DNA from: an uncultured virus (IMG/VR IMGVR_UViG_3300044445_000196)
Lineage: Duplodnaviria; Heunggongvirae; Uroviricota; Caudoviricetes
IMG/VR virus record: IMGVR_UViG_3300044445_000196
Reading direction: 5' to 3' (one strand)
Length of the DNA stretch: 20,000 bases
The translations under genes were made by a program, and so were the position numbers. This document shows positions 7,517 through 14,414 of the stretch, in pieces. A model generated the notes under the pieces. That model saw only the letters and a list, made by a program, of their open reading frames with translations. It ran no database searches and was not told the origin of the DNA. Within the stretch, counting starts at the first letter, position 1; each line of letters starts with the position of its first letter.

Positions 7517-8470
7517 TCATGTACTCGGCAGCTCGTCGAGGTACGCGACCGCGTCCAGGCCCGCGACTGCTCCGCTGCCGGCGGCGGTGATGGCCTGCCG
7601 GTAGATGGGGTCGATGACGTCGCCGGCGGCGAAGAACCCGGCGGTGGGGTACGCGACGCCGGGGACCACGGAGGTGCGTCCGATGGTGCAGATGGTGCCG
7701 TGCTCGCTGAGGGCGACCTGCCCTTGGACGAGGTCGGTGCGGGGGTCGCTGCCGATGGCGATGAACAGTCCGGTCACCTCGAGCACCTCGTCGATGGTGG
7801 CGGTGTGCTCGATGAGGACGGAGCGGAGCGCTCCGTCGTGCTCGTCGAGGATGGCGACGGTGCTGTCGAGGATGAGGGTGATGTTCGAGGTGGCGTGGAC
7901 GCGGTCCTGCATGGCCTTGGATGCGCGAAGTCGGTCGCCGCGCGCGACGATGTAGACGGTGTGGGCGTACTTGGCGAGGGCGAGGGCTTCCTCCATCGCG
8001 GAGTCTCCCCCGCCGACGACGGCGACGTACGCTCCGGCGAAGAAGGGCGCGTCGCAGGTGGCGCAGTAGCTGACTCCGCGGCCGGTGAGCGTTTCCTCGT
8101 TCGGGAGTCCGAGGGTGCGGTGCTGACTGCCGGTCGCGAAGATGACGGCGTCGAAGCCAATGGTGTCCCCTGCCGCGGTCGTGGCGGTCTTGCCTGCGAC
8201 GTCGAGGCGGGTGATGTCGTCGAAGCGGATGTCGGCGCCGGCTTCGATGGCCTGCTCCTGCATTCGTTCGATGAGCTCGGGGCCCTGGATGCCGCCGGGG
8301 AAGCCCGGGAAGTTGTCGACGGATGTCGTTGTGGTCAGGTCGCCGCCGGGGCGTTCCATGCCGGTGTAGACGACGGCGGGGTGTCCGGCGCGCCCGGCGT
8401 AGATGGCGGCGGTGAGCGCTGCGGGTCCGGCGCCGATGATGAGCAGGGGGATGTGCGACGAGGAAGGCAT
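7517..8470 (-). CDS. trxB: Thioredoxin-disulfide reductase
   Basis: FAD-binding IIGAGPAALTAAIY, VDNFPGFP, redox-active GVSYCATCD, nucleotide-binding VVGGGDSAMEEA, C-terminal FAAGDV..YRQAITAAGSG. Confidence 0.95.
   Translation of the reverse strand: MPSSSHIPLLIIGAGPAALTAAIYAGRAGHPAVVYTGMERPGGDLTTTTSVDNFPGFPGGIQGPELIERMQEQAIEAGADIRFDDITRLDVAGKTATTAAGDTIGFDAVIFATGSQHRTLGLPNEETLTGRGVSYCATCDAPFFAGAYVAVVGGGDSAMEEALALAKYAHTVYIVARGDRLRASKAMQDRVHATSNITLILDSTVAILDEHDGALRSVLIEHTATIDEVLEVTGLFIAIGSDPRTDLVQGQVALSEHGTICTIGRTSVVPGVAYPTAGFFAAGDVIDPIYRQAITAAGSGAVAGLDAVAYLDELPST
7522..7528 (-). promoter_or_regulatory. Upstream motif instance CCGAGTA(CAT), inside the 3' end of trxB
   Basis: 10 nt before ATG 7511. 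Confidence 0.5.
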
Positions 8471-8476
8471 GCCGCC

Positions 8477-8914
8477 CTATGCGCGCCCCTCCTGCTGAGT
8501 TCGCAACTGCGCGAACTTCTCAGCGCGCTCGGCTCGTGAGCTCTGCAGGCGGGTGATGCTCTGGACGAGGGCGGCGTACCAGCCGTCGAAGGGGATGAAG
8601 TGATGACCGTCGGCCGCGTATTGGCGCGCCCAGCGCGCCTCGTCGAGGTCGGCGACGCCGAGGGCGATGAAGTGCTCGAGAGCGCCGAGCAAGCCGTGGA
8701 CGCTCCACTGGTTGTGCAGCTGCAGACCGACCGTGCCGTCCGCGTAGGTATGGGGAGTGGCGCGTCGAAGGGCGCCTTCGACGCAGCTGAGGCAGGTCGC
8801 ACCAACGTAGGAGCGCCCGGCGCGTCTGAAGGTGCCGCCGCCGGTACGCGCAACCGGGTAGGTGTGCTCGCGGCGGAGCCTGCAGTACCGGCAAGTGCTT
8901 CTGGTCGGCGTCAT
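8477..8914 (-). CDS. Hypothetical protein with two CxxC pairs (putative Zn finger)
   Basis: CRYC...CLSC. The start is 10 nt after CCGCGCA (8925-8931). Confidence 0.65.
   Translation of the reverse strand: MTPTRSTCRYCRLRREHTYPVARTGGGTFRRAGRSYVGATCLSCVEGALRRATPHTYADGTVGLQLHNQWSVHGLLGALEHFIALGVADLDEARWARQYAADGHHFIPFDGWYAALVQSITRLQSSRAERAEKFAQLRTQQEGRA
8480..8486 (-). promoter_or_regulatory. Upstream motif instance GCGCGCA(TAG)
   Basis: 9 nt before the trxB ATG. Confidence 0.55.
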
Positions 8915-8924
8915 GCATGCCCCA

Positions 8925-8931
8925 TGCGCGG
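8925..8931 (-). promoter_or_regulatory. Upstream motif instance CCGCGCA(TGG)
   Basis: 10 nt before ATG 8914. Confidence 0.6.
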
Positions 8932-8948
8932 CAATGGCAGCCGTCCCG

Positions 8949-9764
8949 TCACAGGACGAACCCGTTGCGTTCCAGGTCGGAGCTCGGCCGGGAGCCGGGG
9001 GTGACGAAGGAGACAGCCTCGGCTTCGGCGGCGCGGGCGCCGTTCATCTTCATGGTGCGGGTGCCGTGCACGGGGTATCCAGCGCGGGCGAGGTTGCCGG
9101 CGGTGTCGAAGACGATGACGTCGAACGTTCGCGCGAGCTCGCGAGCCCGGACCCAGTAGGCGTCGTAGTCGAACCCGCCGTTCTTGTCGTTGTACGGGGT
9201 CTTCGTACCCTCGTAGGGCGGGTCGAGGATGACGAGGGGGTTCTCCCCCGCAGCGGCGATCTGCTCGTCGGTGATGTCGGCGTAGCTGGCGTTCACGACG
9301 GTGGGGGCGAGTTCCTGCCAGCGTGTGAGTGCGCGCTCGTACTCGGGGCGGAGGGCCATCGCTTCATGCCGGGGGCTGGTGCCGCGTTTGCCGGGTCCGC
9401 CGCCCTTGTGGGTGGCGTTGAATCCGCGGTCGGAGTAGCGGAACAGGCCGCTGAACGCCATCGCGCTCAGGCCGTATGCGTGGCGCCACCAGTCGTGGCG
9501 GACGCGGACGGCGTAGTAGTCGTCGCGGGTGAACACATCGGGGACGACCAGCTCGTCGTAGCGCCCGATGATACGGGCGAGCATCGGGTCCAGTTCGACG
9601 AGGAGTGCCGTGTCGGCGTAGTTCATGGCGATGGAGCCGGTACCGGCGAACAGCTCGACGATGGTGCGGCCGCGGAGGTGTTCGAGCCGGTGGATCCAGT
9701 GGGATTTCGAGCCGGCGTAGGAGGGCAGGAGGCGGACGGGCTCGTGGGAGGGGGTGGAGGCCAT
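8949..9764 (-). CDS. Orphan DNA adenine methyltransferase (Dam/D12-like)
   Basis: LPSYAGSK, SAM-binding VELFAGTGSI, AFSGLFRYS...FN and catalytic ILDPPY, in Dam-family order. Confidence 0.85.
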   Translation of the reverse strand: MASTPSHEPVRLLPSYAGSKSHWIHRLEHLRGRTIVELFAGTGSIAMNYADTALLVELDPMLARIIGRYDELVVPDVFTRDDYYAVRVRHDWWRHAYGLSAMAFSGLFRYSDRGFNATHKGGGPGKRGTSPRHEAMALRPEYERALTRWQELAPTVVNASYADITDEQIAAAGENPLVILDPPYEGTKTPYNDKNGGFDYDAYWVRARELARTFDVIVFDTAGNLARAGYPVHGTRTMKMNGARAAEAEAVSFVTPGSRPSSDLERNGFVL

Positions 9765-9773
9765 GCCCGCCTA

Positions 9774-9780
9774 TGCGCGC
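9774..9780 (-). promoter_or_regulatory. Upstream motif instance GCGCGCA(TAG)
   Basis: 9 nt before ATG 9764. Confidence 0.55.
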
Positions 9781-9798
9781 GTCCCCCCGGGAACGAAG

Positions 9799-9828
9799 GC
9801 AGGGCCCCCGCCGTGGCGGGGGCCCTGC
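9799..9828 (-). terminator. Intrinsic terminator-like hairpin after the BspA-like gene
   Basis: Perfect 14-bp inverted repeat GCAGGGCCCCCGCC-GT-GGCGGGGGCCCTGC, 14 nt past the stop and followed by CTTCGTT on the minus strand. Confidence 0.75.
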
Positions 9829-9842
9829 TCAGGTGGTGTGGC

Positions 9843-11351
9843 TCAGCGGCCGAGCTTGGGCTGCTGCGCGACGGGCCACGCCCACACGCTGGCGGCGAAG
9901 CGCGGGTAGGTCTTCACGGCCTTGACGTCCCAGCCGCTCAGGTTCTGCGAGTAGCGGTACGCGTTGCGGAACATGTCACCCATGTCCGTCACCTTGGCGG
10001 TGTTCCAGCCGGCGAGGTTCTGGTTGAAGAACTCCGCGTTGATGAACATGGCGTTCATGTCGGTCACGTTCGTGGTGTCGAAGGTGCTGATGTCCTGGTT
10101 GAACAGCTTCGCGAACGCGAACATGCTGCGCATCGTGGTCGCCTTCGAGGTGTCCCACGTGGACAGCGGCTGGTTGAACTTCGCCGCCTGGTGGAAGGCC
10201 CCGCTGAAGTCGGTCACGTTGGACGTGTCCCAGTTGTCGAGCGGCTGGTCGAACGCGGCCGCACCCTGGAGCACGTTGCCGAGGCTCACCACGGAGCTGG
10301 TGTCCCAAGAGTTCAGCGGCTGGTTGAAGCGCGTGGCCCCCGCGAACATCTGGCTCATGTCCGTGACGCTCGAGACGTCCCAGCTCGAGATGTCCTGGTT
10401 GAACCAGGGGTTCGACTCGAACATGTTGGCCGTCGTCGTGACCTTGGAGGTGTCCCAGGTGCCGAGGGGCTTGTTGTAGTTGGTGGCCCGGAACATGCCC
10501 ACCATGCGCTCGACGTTCGAGGTGTCCCAGCCGGAGATGTCCTGGTCGAAGGAGGTCGCCTGGTCGAACATGTTGCTCAGGTGCGTGGCGCTCGAGGTGT
10601 CCCAGCCCCCGATGGGCTGGTTGAAGGACTTGTTGTTCCAGAACATCGACCCGAACTGCTTGACGTTCGAGGTGTCCCAGTTGCCGATGGGCTGGTTGAA
10701 CGACCCGACGCTGAACATGTTGGTCATGTACTCAGCGGAGGAGGTGTCCCACTTGTCGAGCGGGCGGTTGTACTGCGAGTACCCGAACGTGTTGTGGAAG
10801 TTGGTGACCTGGGAGACGTCCCAGTCGTTCAGCGGGCTGTTCATCTGGGTCGCGCCGTAGAAGGCGTTCATCATGCTGGTGACGCCGGCCGGGATGGTGG
10901 CGGGGACGGAGCGCAGCCACTTCATGTTGTAGAACGCGTAGTCCAGGCTCGTGAGACCGGGGTTGCCGCTCAGCTCGGGCATGGCCCGGAAGCAGTCCTG
11001 CTGGACGCCGGTGCCGGACACACGCGAGTCGATGCCGGTGAAGGTGCCCTCGAAGGTCACCTTGTACTGGCCGTACGCGCCGACCGGGATGGCGGGGATG
11101 TTGCCGTCGAACGTGGTGGCGGTGTCCCACGTGCGACCGTCGCTGACGGTGGTCTTGCCGACGGCGTTCACCAGGGGCAGCTTGACGGAGGTCGCGACGT
11201 TGCACTGGAGGTCGAAGACGACCTTGCCGCCGGTGGCGGTGACCGCCGGTGCGGGAGTGTCGGCGGCGTTGGCGGGGACGGCGGAGAGAAGGGACATGGT
11301 CACGGCTGCGGCGGCGACGAGTGCGCCCCCGAGACGGGTCTTGCGATTCAC
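9843..11351 (-). CDS. Secreted BspA-family / DUF285 repeat protein (502 aa)
   Basis: GTG start after GAAAGAAAG. Sec signal peptide MNRKTRLGGALVAAAAVTMSLLSAVPANA, then about 13 copies of the FNQPLxxWDTSxVxxMxxMF repeat. Confidence 0.9.
   Translation of the reverse strand: MNRKTRLGGALVAAAAVTMSLLSAVPANAADTPAPAVTATGGKVVFDLQCNVATSVKLPLVNAVGKTTVSDGRTWDTATTFDGNIPAIPVGAYGQYKVTFEGTFTGIDSRVSGTGVQQDCFRAMPELSGNPGLTSLDYAFYNMKWLRSVPATIPAGVTSMMNAFYGATQMNSPLNDWDVSQVTNFHNTFGYSQYNRPLDKWDTSSAEYMTNMFSVGSFNQPIGNWDTSNVKQFGSMFWNNKSFNQPIGGWDTSSATHLSNMFDQATSFDQDISGWDTSNVERMVGMFRATNYNKPLGTWDTSKVTTTANMFESNPWFNQDISSWDVSSVTDMSQMFAGATRFNQPLNSWDTSSVVSLGNVLQGAAAFDQPLDNWDTSNVTDFSGAFHQAAKFNQPLSTWDTSKATTMRSMFAFAKLFNQDISTFDTTNVTDMNAMFINAEFFNQNLAGWNTAKVTDMGDMFRNAYRYSQNLSGWDVKAVKTYPRFAASVWAWPVAQQPKLGR
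9905..10850 (-). repeat. About 13 tandem 23-25-codon coding repeats (DUF285 type)
   Basis: Recurrent GTGTCCCA...GGCTGGTTGAA on the + strand with a period of roughly 72-75 bp. Confidence 0.85.
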
Positions 11352-11468
11352 GTGTTCTGCTTTCTTTCGGGTGAACACTGATTGCCGCGCACCCTGCGGC
11401 ACATCGCGCGTGTCGCGTTTCAGGCGTTGGGTGGAGACGGCTCCCCTACGCGGCTCGGGAGACGCGGA

Positions 11469-11498
11469 GAGGGGCACGGCTGTGGTGCCGTGCCCCTC
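11469..11498. other. 12-bp perfect stem-loop (terminator or 5' leader structure)
   Basis: GAGGGGCACGGC-TGTGGT-GCCGTGCCCCTC, 5 nt downstream of CCGCGCA at 11504-11510 (minus strand). Confidence 0.6.
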
Positions 11499-11533
11499 CT
11501 ACATGCGCGGTCTCTCGCGCTGGCGTGACCGTT

Positions 11534-12223
11534 TCAGTCCTCGTCGAGGTACCCTTTCGCGCGGTCCACGAGCGCGTCGGTGTCGACCCCGCGTGCGCGC
11601 AAGTGGGTGAGGATGTCCGCGATGGCGTCGGCGGCATTGTCCTCGAGCTCCGCGTCATCCGACCCGTGCAGGCCGATGAGCGTTGCGCCGCGCTCGGCGG
11701 CCGCGGCGGTGTAGGCCTCGTCGCTGTGGTCTGCAGGCGCGGGTGCCTCAGTCGCAGCGGCGACCCATCCCTTCATCGACGCGGTCGCGACGGCGCTCGT
11801 AGCGGCGTCTGAGCTCGAAGTCACATGGCCCTGCACGGCGCGGAGGTACGTCGCGATCTCCTCGTCGACGTCGTCACCGAGTCCGGTGGGCTCGTCTTCG
11901 AAGCTGGACCACTCGTCGTCGTACTCGTCGGACCCGCCGAGGGAGACGTGCACCTCGTCACGCTCGTCGGTGGCCGGGAACGTGATCGACACGAAGGGGC
12001 GACCGCTGCTGTCCTCGAGGTCGGCGGTGACGACACCGCCGGCAGGGATGGTGCTCGGGTACGGGATGTGCGGTGCGGTGTTCGGTGTGTAGTGCCCGAT
12101 AGTGGGCACGGTCCGCGGTGCACCGAGCGCCGCTTCCGGGGCGGAGTGGTTCTGGGCGCCGAAGCGGCCAGTGGCTTGGCGGGCTGCTTCGCGGGCGGCG
12201 TCGTGGGGGTCGTTGATGTGCAT
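11534..12223 (-). CDS. SAPE-tagged acidic hypothetical protein (229 aa)
   Basis: Begins MHINDPHDAAREAARQATGRFGAQNHSAPEAAL. The start is 10 nt after CCGCGTA (12234-12240). Confidence 0.75.
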   Translation of the reverse strand: MHINDPHDAAREAARQATGRFGAQNHSAPEAALGAPRTVPTIGHYTPNTAPHIPYPSTIPAGGVVTADLEDSSGRPFVSITFPATDERDEVHVSLGGSDEYDDEWSSFEDEPTGLGDDVDEEIATYLRAVQGHVTSSSDAATSAVATASMKGWVAAATEAPAPADHSDEAYTAAAAERGATLIGLHGSDDAELEDNAADAIADILTHLRARGVDTDALVDRAKGYLDED

Positions 12224-12233
12224 GCCCCCGATG

Positions 12234-12240
12234 TACGCGG
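12234..12240 (-). promoter_or_regulatory. Upstream motif instance CCGCGTA(CAT)
   Basis: 10 nt before ATG 12223. Confidence 0.6.
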
Positions 12241-12248
12241 CTGCGTCG

Positions 12249-12554
12249 TCAGCGGTTGTCGTAAGCGAGAAGCATGCGTGAGGGGATGCGCCCGTTGGTG
12301 GGGAGGCTGTATCCGTTCCCGCGGGCCCAGGCACGGACGGCCTCCGTGTCGTATTCGGCGTACGGCCGGGGGGCTTTGAAGGACCCGGCGATCCGGGCCT
12401 GGCTGATGAACGGGGCGAGCACATCCCGGAGGGCGGCTGAGTTCTGCGGGGACAGGTCGATCTCGTATCGGCGCCCCTCGAAGCCGAAGTGCACCGTCTC
12501 GGCGCCGGCGGACCCGTCGAGGTCGTCGACGACGAAGGTGGTTTTCAGATCCAT
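12249..12554 (-). CDS. lsr2: Lsr2-like nucleoid-associated protein (101 aa)
   Basis: Dimerisation domain VDDLDG...ETVHFGFEGRRYEIDLS..N...LR..LAPFI and DNA-binding domain VRAWARGNGY....NGRIP......Y. Confidence 0.9.
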   Translation of the reverse strand: MDLKTTFVVDDLDGSAGAETVHFGFEGRRYEIDLSPQNSAALRDVLAPFISQARIAGSFKAPRPYAEYDTEAVRAWARGNGYSLPTNGRIPSRMLLAYDNR

Positions 12555-12560
12555 TGCAGC

Positions 12561-12566
12561 ACCGTA
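12561..12566 (-). promoter_or_regulatory. Housekeeping-sigma-like -10 box (TACGGT) for leaderless lsr2
   Basis: TANNNT box 6 nt before ATG 12554; no RBS. Confidence 0.55.
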
Positions 12567-12646
12567 ACAACGGGGCTCCACGCGTTTCACGTCGCCCGGT
12601 ACGGATCCAGCCCGCTCCTGCCACGGCAAGGGGCGGCCGCGGGTAC

Positions 12647-13906
12647 CTACTCCCCCGCCGCGGCCCCTGCGGGAGGGGTCGCCGTTGCTGTCGTTTCTGG
12701 GGTCGGCGTCGCCGTCGGGATGGGCGTGCTGGTCGGGGTCGGGCTGGGGGTGGCCGTCGGGGTGGGGGTCGCTGTCGGGGTGGGAGTCGCGCTGGGGGTC
12801 GCTGTCGGGGTGGGAGTCTCGGCGCGCTGGCGGTCCTCCTCGGCGCGCCGAGCCGCTTCCTCAGCTTCACGGCGCGCGGCCTCTTCCGCCGCCTTCTTCG
12901 CCGCTTCCTCGGAAGCCTTGCGAGCTGCCTCCTCGCGGAGCACCTTCGTGTGGGAGGCTTTCGCGCCGGCGACGGCGCTCTGGTATGCGAGGAACCGTTC
13001 GATGGGGTCGAGTGTGCTCTGGGTGAGCTGGTCGATGCTGGACCTCAGGGCCGCCTTGGCTGCGGGCTCGGCCTTCGGGTAGGTGCGCAGCTTCGATCCG
13101 TAGTCGGCGGCGGATGCGAGCACGTCCTCGGTGAGGGCCCGGGCGTGCAGCATTTGCACGTCGAGGGCGTCCACGCTCCCGGTGAGCTCGTCGCGCTTGG
13201 TGTCCAGGCGGAAGGCGACCTTCGCGTTCAAGCGGGAGGCGAGCGTCAGCCCCGATGTCGTGGCCGGGTCCGTTTCCCCCGGCAGCAGCGGGGCCAGCCC
13301 TGGGGTGGGGACGCTGAGGGTGCCGTTGATCTCGCGCAGGTCGGCCTGTTCGCTGAGCGGGCCGGGGATGCTCGCGAGTTCATCGAGGGCGGAGGTGCTG
13401 GACAGAAGCCCCCGGTCGATGACGGCGACGAACGCTTCGATATCGCCGCGGGTGCGAAGCGCGCCCTCGGATGCGGTGCGGAAGGCGCCCTGCGCGCCCT
13501 GGAGTCCGGCGCTGGCTTCCTGCATCTGTGAGCGCGTGGCGGTGACATCGGCGACGAGCTGTTCATAGCGGAGCGCGTCGAGGACTGGCGGCCCGATGAT
13601 TCCCGCGACGATGAGGCCGGCGACAGCCATGGTGGCGGGGCGCCGGTACCGACGGAAGCTGTGTCCGCCCGTGCGCTCGCGCGGTACGCGGCGGAGGCCC
13701 GCTTCGCGTGCGGCGACCCGACGAGCGTTCTCAGCTGCTACCTCGCGGTAGTGCTTCCAGTCCTTCTCGGCCCAGTCGTCCGGGTGCCCCGCGTAGGTGG
13801 GCAGTGGGAGCTCCCGTAAGCGCGCGGGGATCCGCGCGGGGCGCGCGCTGCGCTTCTGCCGCAAGGGCTGCAGCAGGTCGTTCAGCATGTCGTCGTTGTC
13901 GGTCAC
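12647..13906 (-). CDS. Membrane-anchored coiled-coil protein with Pro/Thr-rich tail
   Basis: GAGGAG RBS. One hydrophobic segment (MAVAGLIVAGIIGPPVL), long helical region, EEAAR/K repeats and a TP/TA-repeat tail. Confidence 0.75.
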   Translation of the reverse strand: MTDNDDMLNDLLQPLRQKRSARPARIPARLRELPLPTYAGHPDDWAEKDWKHYREVAAENARRVAAREAGLRRVPRERTGGHSFRRYRRPATMAVAGLIVAGIIGPPVLDALRYEQLVADVTATRSQMQEASAGLQGAQGAFRTASEGALRTRGDIEAFVAVIDRGLLSSTSALDELASIPGPLSEQADLREINGTLSVPTPGLAPLLPGETDPATTSGLTLASRLNAKVAFRLDTKRDELTGSVDALDVQMLHARALTEDVLASAADYGSKLRTYPKAEPAAKAALRSSIDQLTQSTLDPIERFLAYQSAVAGAKASHTKVLREEAARKASEEAAKKAAEEAARREAEEAARRAEEDRQRAETPTPTATPSATPTPTATPTPTATPSPTPTSTPIPTATPTPETTATATPPAGAAAGE

Positions 13907-13958
13907 GTCACTGGCTCCTCGGTACGCCCAGGCGCGGGCGGTGCGAGGGGCCTATGCG

Positions 13959-14333
13959 CTACCGCAGGACGGTGAAGGTCGCGTCCCGGTGGAAGGTGAA
14001 GTCAACCGGCTCGCCGCCGTCGAGGTCGAAGGTGATGGCGTCGTCGGTGTGCCCGTCTTCGTCGGCGCGCTTGCGGCTGATGACGGTCAGCGCCTGCGGA
14101 TACCCCGCGGCGGCCCACCGCCTCCGGAGGTCGCGGGAGCGGCTGAGCGGGTAGTCGAAGTAGCTGCGCCCGTCGGCGTTGGGGGCCGTCTCCACCCGGT
14201 CGCCGGGTTCCACTTCGCGGGCGGTCAGGGCGAGGGTGTGAGGAAGGGTCGCTTCGGGCGCGGAGTGTTCCTGCGCGCCGAACTTGCCGTCGCGGTGGCG
14301 GGCGGTCTCGCGTCGCTGTTCCTGCTCGCTCAT
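13959..14333 (-). CDS. SAPE-tagged small protein with SH3/KOW-like beta segment
   Basis: Begins MSEQEQRRETARHRDGKFGAQEHSAPEATL with a GGAGG RBS. Contains AREVEPGDRV. Confidence 0.75.
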   Translation of the reverse strand: MSEQEQRRETARHRDGKFGAQEHSAPEATLPHTLALTAREVEPGDRVETAPNADGRSYFDYPLSRSRDLRRRWAAAGYPQALTVISRKRADEDGHTDDAITFDLDGGEPVDFTFHRDATFTVLR

Positions 14334-14402
14334 GTGTGCCTCCGGGGCGTTGGGGTCTCACCCATCCTGCCGTCGACGGCGAGTGGGTCATCATCCCCCA
14401 TG

Positions 14403-14409
14403 TACGAGG
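14403..14409 (-). promoter_or_regulatory. Upstream motif instance CCTCGTA(CAT)
   Basis: Just past the helicase stop and 69 nt before ATG 14333. GCCTCGTACATGG is identical to the copy at 5885-5897. Confidence 0.55.
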
Positions 14410-14414
14410 CGAGA

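Noticed and set aside
9905..10850. Periodic ~72-75 bp DNA repeats that look superficially like a CRISPR array
   Set aside because: The repeats are degenerate, in frame and encode DUF285 units. No invariant direct repeat with unique spacers and no cas genes.
8862..11381. 839-aa plus-strand ORF, and similar long ORFs at 150..1280, 4165..5688, 13797..15587 and 16499..18097
   Set aside because: Antisense shadows of real minus-strand genes. High-GC codon bias removes stops, and the translations are V/G/R-rich with no motifs.
11352..11503. Possible riboswitch (e.g. c-di-AMP) in the BspA leader
   Set aside because: Hairpins are present but I recognise no riboswitch consensus. An Rfam scan would be needed.
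12690..12930. Short tandem DNA repeats (GGGGTCGCTGTCGGGGTGGG and similar)
   Set aside because: Explained by the Pro/Thr tail and EEAAR repeats of the 12647..13906 protein.
14002..14394. Alternative ORF starting 8 nt after the motif at 14403
   Set aside because: Arg-rich off-frame translation overlapping the tagged gene 13959..14333, which has a good RBS.
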